64,000 bases of DNA from positions 64,001-128,000 of the forward strand of contig JBBFKW010000006.1 in the NCBI GenBank assembly GCA_037481835.1, written 5' to 3'. Positions 62,676 to 64,000 of this stretch are shown here, piece after piece. How positions within the stretch are numbered: the first letter of the stretch is position 1; the number at the start of each line of letters is the position of its first letter. A program made the translations under genes and the position numbers. The notes under the pieces were generated by a model. The model saw nothing but the letters and a program-made list of their open reading frames with translations, did not search any database and was not told the origin of the DNA. This DNA is from Desulfosoma sp. Its GTDB lineage: Bacteria > Desulfobacterota > Syntrophobacteria > Syntrophobacterales > DSM-9756.

Positions 62676-62855
62676 CAAGCCGCCCTCCGGGGAACATGCC
62701 GTGGTTACGCCCGTCTTTGATACCCGCTCGTTCTTTGTCACATAACACAATCCCCGCCGAGGCAAAAGACTCCCTTTGCCGTTGACAAGATCCCGCGGGG
62801 GCGACTTAAATGGCGCTTCGCGGACGAGCACTCCCCACGACAGACGGAGGACGGT

Positions 62856-63638
62856 ATGGGACTGAGGCATGGGCTTTTGGTGAAATGGGTGACGGCGTGC
62901 GCCGTCGGCGCCCTGGTGTTTTCGGGGTTGGGAAGCGCCGTCTTTTTCTCGGCGCATCATGGATCGGCGGCATGGGCCCGAACACAAGCGGAAGAGGACG
63001 AAAGCTACCTGGAAGATCCCTTTGCGGAAAAGGAAATCACGGTGGCGGATCCGCTGCAGCCCATCAACCGAGCCTTTTTTCATTTCAACGACAAGCTCTA
63101 TTTCTGGGTGCTCAAGCCCGTGGCCACCGTCTACAAGACGTTCATCCCCACCGGGGTGCGCCTGTGCGTGCGCAACGTTTTCGATAACTTGATGGCGCCC
63201 GTTCGGATCGCCAATAATTTGTTCCAGCTCAAATTCCAGCGAAGCGGCGTGGAACTGGTGCGGTTCGCCCTGAATTCCACCCTGGGGGCCGGCGGCATGT
63301 TCGACCCCGCCGAAAAGGAATTCGGCCTCAAAGCCTACGACGAAGATTTCGGCCAGACCCTGGGCCGTTACGGGGTCGGAAACGGCATCTTCTTCATGTG
63401 GCCCGTCTTCGGGCCGTCCACGCTGCGGGACACCGCGGGGATCGCCGGGGACTATTTCTTGGATCCCCTGAGCTACCTGTCGTGGACGGATTGGGGGGTC
63501 GTCGAAGGGACCAAGGCCGTCAACCGGACGTCTCTCACCATCGGCCAATACGAGGACTTTAAAGCCAGCGCCTTGGACCCTTACCTCTCCATGCGCGACG
63601 CCTACATCAAATACCGACACCGGCAGGTGCAGAAGTAA
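62856..63638 (+). CDS. mlaA: MlaA/VacJ family lipid asymmetry protein
   Basis: DPLQPINR, RFALNSTLG, EDFGQTLG, GPSTLRD. Confidence 0.9.
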   Translation: MGLRHGLLVKWVTACAVGALVFSGLGSAVFFSAHHGSAAWARTQAEEDESYLEDPFAEKEITVADPLQPINRAFFHFNDKLYFWVLKPVATVYKTFIPTGVRLCVRNVFDNLMAPVRIANNLFQLKFQRSGVELVRFALNSTLGAGGMFDPAEKEFGLKAYDEDFGQTLGRYGVGNGIFFMWPVFGPSTLRDTAGIAGDYFLDPLSYLSWTDWGVVEGTKAVNRTSLTIGQYEDFKASALDPYLSMRDAYIKYRHRQVQK

Positions 63639-63668
63639 GGCACCGAGCCCGAGGGAACGGGATTGCTT

Positions 63669-64000
63669 ATGTTTGTCTATGTGACGGCCGTCGTTTTGGG
63701 CGCCGCCGCCCTGGTGTGGGGGGCCGATCGGTTCGTGGACGGGGCGGCGGCGTTGGCCCGGCGGCTTGGGGTTTCCCCCATCATCATCGGGCTCACGGTG
63801 GTCTCCTTCGGCACGTCCCTTCCGGAGCTCCTGGTGAGTGTGTCCGCAACGGTCATGGGCCATCCGGACGTGGCCGTGGGCAACGTGGTGGGCAGCAACA
63901 TCGCCAACATCGGCCTTATCCTGGGCGCCGCCGCCGTCTTTCGCCCGCTCAGGGTCCACGGTTCCCTCGTGCGCCGCGAATATCCCCTGCTGATCTGCGT
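63669..64000 (+). CDS. Calcium/sodium antiporter (runs off the right edge)
   Basis: Manual translation: GADRFVDGA...IGLTVVSFGTSLPEL...AVGNVVGSNIANIGL. Confidence 0.9.
   Translation, partial: MFVYVTAVVLGAAALVWGADRFVDGAAALARRLGVSPIIIGLTVVSFGTSLPELLVSVSATVMGHPDVAVGNVVGSNIANIGLILGAAAVFRPLRVHGSLVRREYPLLIC

Overview
GC-rich bacterial chromosome segment; gene content suggests Desulfobacterota/Syntrophobacterales (inference only). In order: a partial Fe-ADH; an acyl-CoA ligase split by one in-frame TAG; ybaK and pyrF; a five-gene mannosylglucosylglycerate-type compatible-solute cluster (MggS-, MggA-, HAD-, GpgS- and Ggs-like); recD2; two tandem DUF559 nuclease genes; an aroF-trpEGDCFBA operon with a 5-Trp leader peptide and double terminator; a di-heme peroxidase/MauG; a Gtr-type glycosylation cluster divergent from a complete sigma54-driven Tad/Flp pilus locus; a NifA-like regulator-nadE-glnB-glnD-glnA cluster; DUF4301, mlaA and a partial Ca/Na antiporter. 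The main non-coding signal is about 25 copies (counted by eye) of a ~40-bp BoxC-like element, CCCCCTCACCC-N2-3-CCCTCTCCCCC-N3-GGGGGAGAGGG, which can fold as an intrastrand triplex. Inverted pairs of it bracket each DUF559 gene. Most copies seed locus-specific tandem arrays that decay in one direction. The arrays carry copied fragments of neighbouring genes (DUF559, glnA and methyltransferase 3' ends, a deleted gtrA), and a ~1.3-kb block recurs 23 kb away in circularly permuted order. The best candidate for an undescribed system is a DUF559 nuclease plus triplex-repeat system analogous to RAYT/REP. No rRNA, tRNA or true CRISPR array was seen.
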